DNA from: Eledone cirrhosa
Taxonomy: Eukaryota
Length of the DNA stretch: 64,000 bases
Assembly (NCBI GenBank): GCA_964016885.1
Contig: OZ024740.1
Span: 399,528,001-399,592,000, forward strand
Direction of reading: 5' to 3'
Shown here one piece after another: positions 1-10,000 of this stretch (positions are counted from its first letter, which is position 1; each line of letters begins with the position of its first letter). The position numbers and the translations under genes were made by a program. Below the pieces are notes generated by a model that saw only the letters and a list, made by a program, of their open reading frames with translations, had not been told where the DNA came from and made no database searches.

Positions 1-144
1 ATCAATTTTTCTAGGCTGACACTCTTGACAGCTGATAAATGGCATATGTCATTCTAAACTATAGAACTATCTGAAAGCATTGAGTGCCATCATTCACCCA
101 TTAACACTTCTTTCTTCTTGTGGCACCAGTACTAGGGAGGCTGT

Positions 145-334
145 CATGCTCTTGACATAATTGAAGAGTCCTCTCAACCCTTCTTAATAACAACCATTTT
201 ACAGAGTGTACAGAGTGAATATAATTGTGACACTAAGGAGATTAACATGTCTTTGACACTGTTGAAGAGTCCTCTCAACCCTTAGTTTGGCTTGGTATCA
301 ATAGTTTGGTGCCCTTCTTAATAGTAACCACTTT
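145..334. repeat. Imperfect local direct duplication (~100-bp period) including decayed SINE-body segments
   Basis: TTGAAGAGTCCTCTCAACCCTT occurs at 161-182 and 262-283, each preceded by a CATG..TTGACA motif. CCCTTCTTAATA.AACCA.TTT occurs at 178-200 and 312-334 and resembles 3651-3675. Confidence 0.65.
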
Positions 335-432
335 CTACTGAGATGGTATAAACTGGAGCCTAGTTTCTATCTCAGTTATTTGAGCCAGCTTTTTACACAT
401 GCTCTTTGTACCTCATTATATTATCATAATTT

Positions 433-672
433 AGGCATGTGGTCTTGTAGTTACAGCGTTTGGCCCCCAATGATGGGTTTAATTAACAGAGCAGGTGACA
501 CATTGTGTACTTGAGCAAAAACCTTTCATTTCATGTGACTACAGTTCACTCAGGTGAAAATCATTACCAGTGGTAGCTGGGGAGTTAGCCCTGTGACAGG
601 CTGAAATCCAATCTGAAGTTAGAGGTGGAAGTCTGTCTGCATCCCCAGTTACTTAATACTCATCAAACCAAA
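433..672 (+). mobile_element. Decayed tRNA-derived SINE with CORE-like central domain
   Basis: A-box-like GTGGTCTTGTAGTTA, then TTGTGTACTTGAGCAAAAACCTTTCATTTCA..CAGTTCACTCAGGTGAAAAT (resembles the CORE-SINE motif TGTGTCCTTGAGCAAGACACTT..CACTCAG), then AGCCCTGTGACAGGCTG..ATCC. Family recognised from memory; boundaries approximate. Confidence 0.55.
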
Positions 673-750
673 ATAATTTCTAGGCTCTGCCCAGCCCATG
701 CAATCATGTATAAACAGATGTAAAAACAATTCTCTTATATCCAAACTATT

Positions 751-852
751 TCATCATCACTACCACCATCATCATTATCAAATTCCTAACATCATTCTTC
801 TTTATACATACAGGCATATATATAGTTATACGCATGCACACACATATACATA
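751..852. repeat. Degenerate (CAT)n and (TA/CA)n low-complexity tract
   Basis: TCATCATCACTACCACCATCATCATTATCA followed by TATACATACA..ATATATATA..CACACACATATACA. Confidence 0.7.
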
Positions 853-1083
853 GATAAAGATATCTCGGTACTATTTCTACATGATTATTATTGAAATTGA
901 AGAATTGTGTATTGGAGGAGATGAAAGAAATTATTCATTCTTAATTGAGAGACCCACTTTCTCCCTGACCACTTTTTGATAAAATACTGGACGATTATAT
1001 TTCAGGAATCAATTCTTTGAAATTGAAAACAAGATGATATATGCTGGAATACGTTTGAATGAAAAATAATCTATACATAGGTA

Positions 1084-1115
1084 ATTTCAAAAGCAATTAA
1101 TTAAATTTTAATAAA
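1084..1115 (+). repeat. 32-bp inverted repeat, left arm (partner 2625-2656)
   Basis: ATTTCAAAAGCAATTAATTAAATTTTAATAAA is the exact reverse complement of 2625-2656. Confidence 0.85.
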
Positions 1116-1234
1116 ATGCTTTCTTCAAACTCATTTTCGATTCTTGAAAAGTGAAAAAATTAAATTTACCCTGTCAAGAAAACACATCTGTTAGTGGCAT
1201 AAAACATTCTAGCTTTTTTCTTAAAATCATTTTG

Positions 1235-1400
1235 TAGGTCTGGGAATCAGATTGGTAGAATCATTTAAATATTGGATAGCATACTTTGTGGTATTCGCTC
1301 ATGATCTCTGTGGTCTGAGTTTAAATCCCACTGAGGTAAACTTTGCCTTTCATCCTTTAGAGGTCGATAAAAGGACAAGTTCAGTACAGGGATAGATCCT
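1235..1400 (+). mobile_element. Decayed SINE with Nin/Deu-domain-like core (Octopus-type SINE)
   Basis: GATTGGTAGAATCATT (A-box-like), TCTGAGTTTAAATCCCACTGAGGT (B-box-like) and ACTTTGCCTTTCATCCTTTAGAGGTCGATAAAA, which matches the recalled Nin-domain core GCCTTTCATCCTTTCGGGGTCGATAAA. Confidence 0.65.
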
Positions 1401-1716
1401 TTATAGCTCTTTCTCACGTCTCTCTATTACTCTCCCTTCTTCTCTGGAAGAAACTGACTGTGTTCAGACTTGGAGAGGAGATGGGCTTCACCATGTTTTA
1501 AATGCCCCAAAATGACCAGATGTCTGTTTGGCACTCCTATGACTCTACCAGAAGTTACAAGTACATATATACATTTAGTAGGTCTGGAAAAAAATGAGAA
1601 TGCTATGGGCTACACTCATGCTCTTGCCTCAGACCAGCGAGTTTGATGCAGTTGATGTTTCATTTACTGTTGCATTAATTTATTTCAGTAAAATTTTAAA
1701 TTTCATAATAAATATT

Positions 1717-1717
<1 letters not shown>

Positions 1718-1750
<33 letters not shown>

Positions 1751-1751
1751 G

Positions 1752-1780
<29 letters not shown>
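1718..1780. repeat. Compound microsatellite (CG)3(CA)~13(TA)~14
   Basis: Read directly from the sequence. Confidence 0.95.
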
Positions 1781-1784
<4 letters not shown>

Positions 1785-1974
1785 TCAGGTTTGAGGTTCA
1801 CCACTGTATAGAGCTGGTCTATTCCGTATGGTCAATCGTAATGCAATAATATAGAGAGTACTCAACGTAAAGCAGTTCAACCGTCTTTGTTTTTGTAGTT
1901 GGTGGTGCTATTACGGAGTTAAATATTATAATGAAATGACAGGAGGCTGGATTTGTGTAAATCCTTGAAAGGTT

Positions 1975-2044
1975 TATTATACTATGATCATTTCAATGAC
2001 CGGGTTCCGTATGAATCCGGTGATATCATCAGGTATTCGAAATA
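1975..2044 (-). ncRNA. Mirror copy of the putative hammerhead ribozyme on the minus strand
   Basis: Exact reverse complement of 2189-2258, within the left palindrome arm (TCATCAG at 2026-2032). Confidence 0.65.
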
Positions 2045-2188
2045 TAATACGTGAATGTAATAGGTAAAATCCATGGGGCTGAAAATCGAGACCCGGGCGA
2101 CCGGCTGAGGTTGAAGGAACAGAATAGCGGTCGCCCTCGGGTCTCGATTTTCAGCCCCATGGATTTTACCTATTACATTCACGTATTA

Positions 2189-2258
2189 TATTTCGAATAC
2201 CTGATGATATCACCGGATTCATACGGAACCCGGTCATTGAAATGATCATAGTATAATA
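2189..2258 (+). ncRNA. Putative minimal type-I hammerhead ribozyme
   Basis: Stem I ATAC(2197-2200)/GTAT(2251-2254), extendable by TATT/AATA. Core CTGATGA at 2201-2207. Stem II TATCACCGGATTC/GAACCCGGTCATT (10 of 13 positions Watson-Crick) with loop ATACG. GAAA at 2239-2242. Stem III T-[GATC]-A with a palindromic loop. NUH triplet AUA, predicted cleavage after 2250. Caveat: U-U mismatch at the base of stem II. Confidence 0.65.
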
Positions 2259-2310
2259 AACCTTTCAAGGATTTACACAAATCCAGCCTCCTGTCATTTC
2301 ATTATAATAT

Positions 2311-2344
2311 TATATATATATATATATATACACATATATATATA
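2311..2344. repeat. (TA)n microsatellite with a CACA interruption
   Basis: Read directly from the sequence. Confidence 0.95.
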
Positions 2345-2368
2345 ATCATCATCATCGTTTAACGTCCA
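2345..2368 (-). mobile_element. Short 3'-tail fragment of the same SINE family as 3520-3700
   Basis: ATCATCATCGTTTAACGTCCA (2348-2368) is identical to 3520-3540. The minus strand reads TGGACGTTAAAC(GAT)n, a retroposon-type tandem tail. Confidence 0.7.
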
Positions 2369-2374
2369 CCCACA

Positions 2375-2500
2375 GAGTTGAACAATAACACAAAAACACA
2401 GGGAGGCAAAAATATAAAGTCTTATTAGGATCACGCTTATGAGGAAGTAGAGGAAAGTTCAGCACTTTGGACAGAAGTCCTTCATCAGGAAATTGAGTTT
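2375..2500 (-). mobile_element. Possible decayed Penelope-like terminal-repeat fragment with a degenerate hammerhead core
   Basis: The minus strand reads CTGATGA-A-GGAC-TTCT-GTCC-AAAG (2488 to 2465): intact CUGAUGA and stem II, but the GAAA box is mutated. Confidence 0.35.
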
Positions 2501-2624
2501 GGATGGGGAGTGAACAAATAGGTACATGAAAGTTTGGAAAAAGTTAAGAAGGCTGGGGGTGGCAGGCAAGTGGTGTGGCATTCAGGAGTGGGGGCCGAAG
2601 TGGAGAGTCCAGGTGTGTAATGGG

Positions 2625-2656
2625 TTTATTAAAATTTAATTAATTGCTTTTGAAAT
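2625..2656 (-). repeat. 32-bp inverted repeat, right arm (partner 1084-1115)
   Basis: TTTATTAAAATTTAATTAATTGCTTTTGAAAT. Confidence 0.85.
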
Positions 2657-2807
2657 AATTCTTCAGTTTCAGCAACTTTTTCTTTCTCATTAACACAGAA
2701 CTTACATGTGATCTCACTCTAGATGCTGTCACAGAGTCTCATCCACCTCCTCCATCCAACATGTCTCCAATATATATATAATGCTGCTATGGTTATTTGT
2801 TTTTTAA

Positions 2808-3028
2808 CCCTTTAGCATTTAAACCGGCCATATCCAACCAGAATTCTCTCACCTCTTTCTGTTCAAACCAGCTATAACTGGCCACTCATACTGATGTTAA
2901 AGTATTGTTCTCAAAATAAATAATATCAAAATCTCATACATTTGATATTATATGTGATAATTATGTGAGGTAAAGCCTTTACTGTGAAAATACAATAGTA
3001 GATATAGAGTAATGTAAAGGCTAAAGGG
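2808..3028. mobile_element. piggyBac-like MITE (non-autonomous DNA transposon), 221 bp
   Basis: TTAA (2804-2807) | CCCTTTAGC ... GCTAAAGGG | TTAA (3029-3032). A TTAA target duplication with CCC/GGG termini is the piggyBac signature. No coding capacity. Confidence 0.8.
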
Positions 3029-3519
3029 TTAAACTATGTTTGATACACTTATACTTTTAGTAATTAATATGGTAGTGTTGGGTAAGTTTAACATGAGATT
3101 CTTTCCATGTCTGAACAAAGCTATCTAACTCTTTTAAAATGTGGGGTAACATTTTTAAGAAGTTAACATTTTTCATCTCAATTTCAACATTAATATTAGG
3201 AGTTGCATTACATATGTGATTGCATTGCAAAAACAAAAATGCTACATTTATAACAAAGTAGAATGTAATTCGGTTTTATAACTACAAGCGAATATGAAGA
3301 TAGAAAATAGCTAGCAAGTATTATGACAATTAATATAGTGAGTAATTATTTACTTACGTTAATGAAACTCTGGTTTTTATAACAGCAAAATGAAAGAAAG
3401 AAGAAAAAATCAGAAAATAAGAGTGTACCAATAGTTTTTTAAACATAACTAGAATGCAACAGAAATTACAATGAAATAAATAATAATAAATGACTGATAA
3501 GTTTCAAAAAGCTGGTACA

Positions 3520-3700
3520 ATCATCATCGTTTAACGTCCATTTACCACGCTAGCATGGGTTAGACGGGTCGTCCTACTTGACGCAATTTGGGTCAGGTGA
3601 CCATGTCTTACTCATATAGGACTTTCTGCCTATGCTTCTATGGCTGGATGCCCTTTCTAATACCAACCACATTTACAGTGTGGGATGGGTGCTTTTTGTT
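3520..3700 (-). mobile_element. 3' part of an Octopus-type SINE with (GAT)n tail, running directly into the satellite
   Basis: ATCATCATCGTTTAACGTCCATTTACCACGCTAGCATGGGTTAGACGG...TTCTATGGCTGGATGCCCTTTCTAATACCAACCACATTTACAGTGTGGGATGGGTGCTTTT. The tail recurs at 2348-2368 and body motifs at 178-210 and 285-334. Family identity is from memory. Confidence 0.7.
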
Positions 3701-4059
3701 TTGACTCCTACATGACCACTTTACAGTGTGGGATGGGTGCTTTTTGTTGTGATTCCTACACGACCACTTTACACTCTGGGCTGCGTGCTTTTTGTTGTGA
3801 CTCCTATATGACCACTTTACAGTGGGCTGGGTGCTTTTTGTTGTGACTCATACATGACCACTTTACAGTGTGGGATGGGTGTTTTTTGTTGTGACTCATA
3901 CACGACCACTTTACAGTGTGGGCTGGGTGCTTTTTGTTGTGACTCCTACACAACCACTTTACAGTGTGGGCTGGGTACTTTTTGTTGTGATTCCTACATG
4001 ACCACTTTACAGTGGGCTGGGTGCTTTTTGTTGTGACTCCTACACGACTACATTACAGT

Positions 4060-7000
4060 GTGGACAGGGTGCTTTTTGTTGTGACTCCTACATGACCACT
4101 TTACAGTGGGATGGGAGCTTTTTGTTGTGACTCCTACACGACCACTTTACAGTGTGAGATGGGTGCTTTTTGTTGTGACTCCTACACGACCACTTTACAG
4201 TGTGGACAGGGTGCTTTTTGTTGTAACTCCTACACGACCACTTTACAGTGTGGACAGGGTGCTTTTTGTTGTAACTCCTACACGACCACTTTACAGTGTG
4301 GACAGGGTGCTTTTTGTTGTGACTCCTACACGGCCACTTTACAGTGTGGGCTGGGTGCTTTTTGTTGTGACTCCTACACGACCACTTTACACTGTGGGCT
4401 CGGTGCTTTTTATTGTGACTCCTACACGACTACATTACAGTGTGGACAGGGTGCTTTTTGTTGGGACTCCTACACGACCACTTTACACTGTGGGGTGGGT
4501 GCTTTTTGTTGTGACTCCTACACGACCACTTTACAGTGTGGGCTGGGTGCTTTTTGTTGGGACTCCTACACGACCACTTTACACTCTGGGCTGGGTGCTT
4601 TTTGTTGTGACTCCTACACAACCACTTTACAGTGTGGGCTGGGTGCTTTTTGTTGTAATTCCTACACGACCACTTTACACTCTGGGCTGGGTGCTTTTTG
4701 TTATGACTTCTACACGACCACTTTACAGTGTGGGCTGGGTGCTTTTTGTTGGGACTCCTACACAACCACTTTACAGTGTGAGCTGTGTGCTTTTTGTTGT
4801 GACTCCTACACGACCAACGACACTCTGGGCTGGGTGCTTTTTGTTGTGACTCCTACATGACCACTTTACACTGTGGGCTGGGTGCTTTTTGTTGTGACTC
4901 CTACACGAACACTTTACAGTGTGGGCTGGGTGCTTTTTGTTGTGACTCCTACACGACCACTTTACAGTGTGGGATGGGTACTTTTTGTTGTGACACCTAC
5001 ACGACCACTTTACACTCTGGGCTGGGTGCTTTTTGTTGTGACTCCTACACGACCACTTTACAGTGTGGGCTGGGTGCTTTTTGTTGTGACTCCTACATGA
5101 CCACTTTACAGTGGGATGGGTGCTTTTTGTTGTGACTCCTACACGACCACTTTACACTGTGGGCTGAGTGCTTTTTGTTGTGACTCCTACACGACCACTT
5201 TACAGTGTGGGCTGGGTGCTTTTTGTTGTGACTCCTACACGACCACTTTACAGTGTGGGATGGGTGCTTTTTGTTCTGACTCCTACACGACCACTTCACA
5301 CTCTGGGCTGGGTGCTTTTTGTTGTGACTCCTACATGACCATTTTAACGTGGGATGGGTGCTTTTTGTTGTGACTCCTACACGACCACTTTACAGTGTGG
5401 GCTGGGTTCTTTTTGTTGTGACTCCTACACGACCACTTTACAGTGTGGGATGGGTGCTTTTTGTTCTGACTCCTACACGACCACTTCACACTCTGGGCTG
5501 GGTGCTTTTTGTTGTGACTCCTACATGACCACTTTACAGTGTGGGCTCGGTGCTTTTTGTTGTGACTCCTACACGACCACTTTACACTCTGGGCTGGGTG
5601 CTTTTTGTTGTGACTCCTACACGACCACTTTACACTGTGGGGTGGGTGCTTTTTGTTGACTTCTACACGACCACTTTACACTCTGGGCTGGGTGCTTTTT
5701 TTTGTGACTCCTACACGACTACTTTACAGTGTGGGATGGGTGCTTTTTGTTGTGACTCCTACACGACCACTTTACAGTGTGGGATGGGTGCTTTTTGTTG
5801 TGACACCTACACGACCACTTTACACTCTGGGCTGGGTGGTTTTTGTTGTGACTCCTACACGACCACTTTACAGTGTGGGCTGGGTTCTTTTTGTTGTGAC
5901 TCCTACACGACCACTTTACAGTGTGGGATGGGTGCTTTTTGTTCTGACTCCTACACGACCACTTTACACTCTGGGCTGGGTGCTTTTTGTTGACTTCTAC
6001 ACGACCACTTTACAGTGTGGGCTGGGTGCTTTTTGTTGTGACTCCTACACGACCACTTTACACTCTGGGCTGGGTGCTTTTTGTTGTGACTCCTACACGA
6101 CCACTTTACACTGTGGGCTGGGTGCTTTTTGTTGGGACTCCTACACGACCACTTTACACTCTGGGCTAGGTGCTTTTTGTTGTGACTCCTACATGAGCAC
6201 TTTACACTGTGGGCAGGGTACTTTTTGTTGTGACTCCTACACAACCACTTTACAGTGTGGGCTGGGTGCTTTTTGTTGTGACTCCTACATGACCAATTTA
6301 CAGTGTGGGCTCGGTGCTTTTTGTTCTGACTCCTACACAATCACTTTACAGTGTGGGATGGGTGCTTTTTGTTATGACTTCTACACGACCACTTTACAGT
6401 GTGGGCTCGGTGCTTTTTGTTGTGACTCCTACACGACCACTTTACACTCTGGGCTGGGTGCTTTTTGTTGTGACTCCTACAGAACCACTTTACAGTGTGG
6501 GCTGGGTGCTTTTTGTTGTGACTCCTAAATGACCACTTTACAGTGGGATGGGTGCTTTTTGTTGTGACTCCTACACGACCAATTTACAGTGTGGGCTGGG
6601 TGCTTTTTGTTTTGACTCCTACATGACCACTTTACAGTGGGATGGTTTCTTTTTGTTGCGACTCCTACACGACCACTTTACAGTGTTGGCTGGGTGCTTT
6701 TTTTTGTGACTCCTACACGACTACTTTACAGTGTGGGATGGGTGCTTTTTGTTGTGACTGCTACACGACCACTTTAAACTTTGGGCTGGGTGCTTTTTGT
6801 TGTGACTCCTACACGACCACTTTACACTGTGGGCTGGGTACTTTTTGTGATGATTTCTACACGACCACTTTACAGTGTGGGCTGTGTGCTTTTTTTTGTG
6901 ACTCCTACACGACTACTTTACAGTGTGGGATGGGTGCTTTTTGTTGTGAGTCCTACACGACCACTTTACACTCTGGGCTGGGTGCTTTTTGTTGGGACTC

Positions 7001-10000
7001 CTACACGACCACTTTACAGTGTGGGCTGGGTTCTTTTTGTTGTGACTCCTACATGACCACTTTACACTGTGGGGTGGGTGCTTTTTGTTGACTTCTACAC
7101 GACCACTTTACACTGTGGGATGGGTGCTTTTTGTTGTGACTCCTACATGACCACTTTACAGTGGGATGGGAGCTTTTTGTTGTGACTCCTACACGACCAC
7201 TTTACAGTGTGAGATGGGTGCTTTTTGTTGTGACTCCTACACGACCACTTTACAGTGTGGACAGGGTGCTTTTTGTTGTAACTCCTACACGACCACTTTA
7301 CAGTGTGGGCAGGGTGCTTTTTGTTGGGACTCCTACACGACCACTTTACACAGTGGACTGGGTGCTTTTTGTTGTGACTCCTACACGACCACTTTACAGT
7401 GTGGGCTGGGTGCTTTTTGTTGGGACTCCTACACGACCACTTTACACTCTGGGCTGGGTGCTTTTTGTTGTGACTCCTACACAACCACTTTACAGTGTGG
7501 GCTGGGTGCTTTTTGTTGTAATTCCTACACGACCACTTTACACTCTGGGCTGGGTGCTTTTTGTTGTGACTCCTACACGGCCACTTTACACTGTGGGCTG
7601 GGTGCTTTTTGTTATGACTTCTACACGACCACTTTACAGTGTGGGCTGGGTGCTTTTTGTTGGGACTCCTACACAACCACTTTACAGTGTGGGCTGGGTG
7701 CTTTTTGTTGTGACTCCTACACAACCACTTTACAGTGTGAGCTGTGTGCTTTTTGTTGTGACTCCTACACGACCAACGACACTCTGGGCTGGGTGCTTTT
7801 TGTTGTGACTCCTACATGACCACTTTACACTGTGGGCTGGGTGCTTTTTGTTGTGACTCCTACACGAACACTTTACAGTGTGGGCTGGGTGCTTTTTGTT
7901 GTGACTCCTACACGACCACTTTACAGTGTGGGATGGGTGCTTTTTGTTGTGACACCTACACGACCACTTTACACTCTGGGCTGGGTGCTTTTTGTTGTGA
8001 CTCCTACACGACCACTTTACAGTGTGGGCTGGGTGCTTTTTATTGTGACTCCTACATGACCACTTTACAGTGGGATGGGTGCTTTTTGTTGTGACTCCTA
8101 CACGACCACTTTACACTCTGGGCTGGGTGCTTTTTGTTGTGACTCCTACACGACCACTTTACAGTGTGGGCTGGGTGCTTTTTGTTGTGACTCCTACACG
8201 ACCACTTTACAGTGTGGGATGGGTGCTTTTTGTTCTGACTCCTACACGACCACTTCACACTCTGGGCTGGGTGCTTTTTGTTGTGACTCCTACATGACCA
8301 CTTTAACGTGGGATGGGTGCTTTTTGTTGTGACTCCTACACGACCACTTTACAGTGTGGGCTGGGTTCTTTTTGTTGTGACTCCTACACGACCACTTTAC
8401 AGTGTGGGATGGGTGCTTTTTGTTCTGACTCCTACACGACCACTTCACACTCTGGGCTGGGTGCTTTTTGTTGTGACTCCTACATGACCACTTTACAGTG
8501 TGGGCTCGGTGCTTTTTGTTGTGACTCCTACACGACCACTTTACACTCTGGGCTGGGTGCTTTTTGTTGTGACTCCTACACGACCACTTTACACTGTGGG
8601 CTGGGTGCTTTTTTTTGTGACTCCTACACGACTACTTTACAGTGTGGGATGGGTGCTTTTTGTTGTGACTCCTACACGACCACTTTACAGTGTGGGATGG
8701 GTGCTTTTTGTTGTGACACCTACACGACCACTTTACACTCTGGGCTGGGTGGTTTTTGTTGTGACTCCTACACGACCACTTTACAGTGTGGGCTGGGTTC
8801 TTTTTGTTGTGACTCCTACACGACCACTTTACAGTGTGGGATGGGTGCTTTTTGTTCTGACTCCTACACGACCACTTTACACTCTGGGCTGGGTGCTTTT
8901 TGTTGTGACTCCTACACGACCACTTTACACTCTGGGCTGGGTGCTTTTTGTTGACTTCTACACGACCACTTTACAGTGTGGGCTGGGTGCTTTTTGTTGT
9001 GACTCCTACACGACCACTTTACACTCTGGGCTGGGTGCTTTTTGCTGTGACTCCTACACGACCACTTTACACTGTGGGCTGGGTGCTTTTTGTTGGGACT
9101 CCTACACGACCACTTTACACTCTGGGCTAGGTGCTTTTTGTTGTGACTCCTACATGAGCACTTTACACTGTGGGCAGGGTACTTTTTGTTGTGACTCCTA
9201 CACAACCACTTTACAGTGTGGGCTGGGTGCTTTTTGTTGTGACTCCTACATGACCAATTTACAGTGTGGGTTCGGTGCTTTTTGTTCTGACTCCTACACA
9301 ATCACTTTACAGTGTGGGCTGGGTGCTTTTTGTTGTGACTCCGAAATGACCACTTTACAGTGGGATGGGTGCTTTTTGTTGTGACTCCTACACGACTAAT
9401 TTACAGTGTGGGCTGGGTGCTTTTTGTTGTGACTCCTACATGACCACTTTACAGTGGGATGGTTTCTTTTTGTTGCGACTCCTACACGACCACTTTACAG
9501 TGTTGGCTGGGTGCTTTTTTTTGTGACTCCTACACGACTACTTTACAGTGTGGGATGGGTGCTTTTTGTTGTGACTGCTACACGACCACTTTAAACTTTG
9601 GGCTGGGTGCTTTTTGTTGTGACTCCTACACGACCACTTTACACTGTGGGCTGGGTACTTTTTGTGATGACTTCTACACGACCACTTTACAGTGTGGGCT
9701 GTGTGCTTTTTTTTGTGACTCCTACACGACTACTTTACAGTGTGGGAAGGGTGCTTTTTGTTGTGAGTCCTACACGACCACTTTACACTCTGGGCTGGGT
9801 GCTTTTTGTTGGGACTCCTACACGACCACTTTACAGTGTGGGCTGGGTTCTTTTTGTTGTGACGCCTACACGACCACTTTACACTGTGGGGTGGGTGCTT
9901 TTTGTTGACTTCTACACGACCACTTTACAGTGTGGGATGGGTGCTTTTTGTTCTGACTCCTACACGACCACTTCACACTCTGGGCAGGGTGCTTTTTGTT

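Larger units (their letters stand above)
1781..2311. mobile_element. Non-autonomous insertion in a (TA)n tract: ~140-bp unique extension plus foldback; probably Penelope-like (PLE) inverted pLTR remnant
   Basis: Flanked by (TA)n on both sides (1752-1780 and 2311-2344). Contains a perfect inverted repeat and hammerhead motifs, and is CpG-rich relative to its flanks. Inverted terminal repeats, hammerheads and TA-microsatellite targeting are known PLE traits. A foldback/MITE origin is not excluded. Confidence 0.55.
1922..2311. repeat. Long palindrome: perfect 174-bp arms (1922-2095 / 2138-2311) with an imperfect inner stem and ~24-nt loop
   Basis: Arms checked by hand base by base (paired positions sum to 4233). 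After a 2-nt bulge, GGGCGACCG (2095-2103) can pair with CGGTCGCCC (2128-2136). The mirror ORFs 1988..2182(-) and 2051..2245(+) reflect the symmetry. Confidence 0.97.

Noticed and set aside
433-500. tRNA gene
   Set aside because: Only a decayed A-box-like SINE head; no cloverleaf can be folded.
853-1086. Possible exon or pseudo-exon ending at AG|GTAATT (1080/1081)
   Set aside because: All three plus-strand frames contain stops and I recognise no protein similarity. It cannot be supported without a homology search or RNA-seq.
1594-1794. 66-aa ORF
   Set aside because: It runs through the (CA)n/(TA)n microsatellite (HTHT/YIYI) and is not a credible protein.
1988-2245. Mirror-image 64-aa ORFs on opposite strands
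   Set aside because: A by-product of the palindrome. They use GTG starts and show no recognisable domain.
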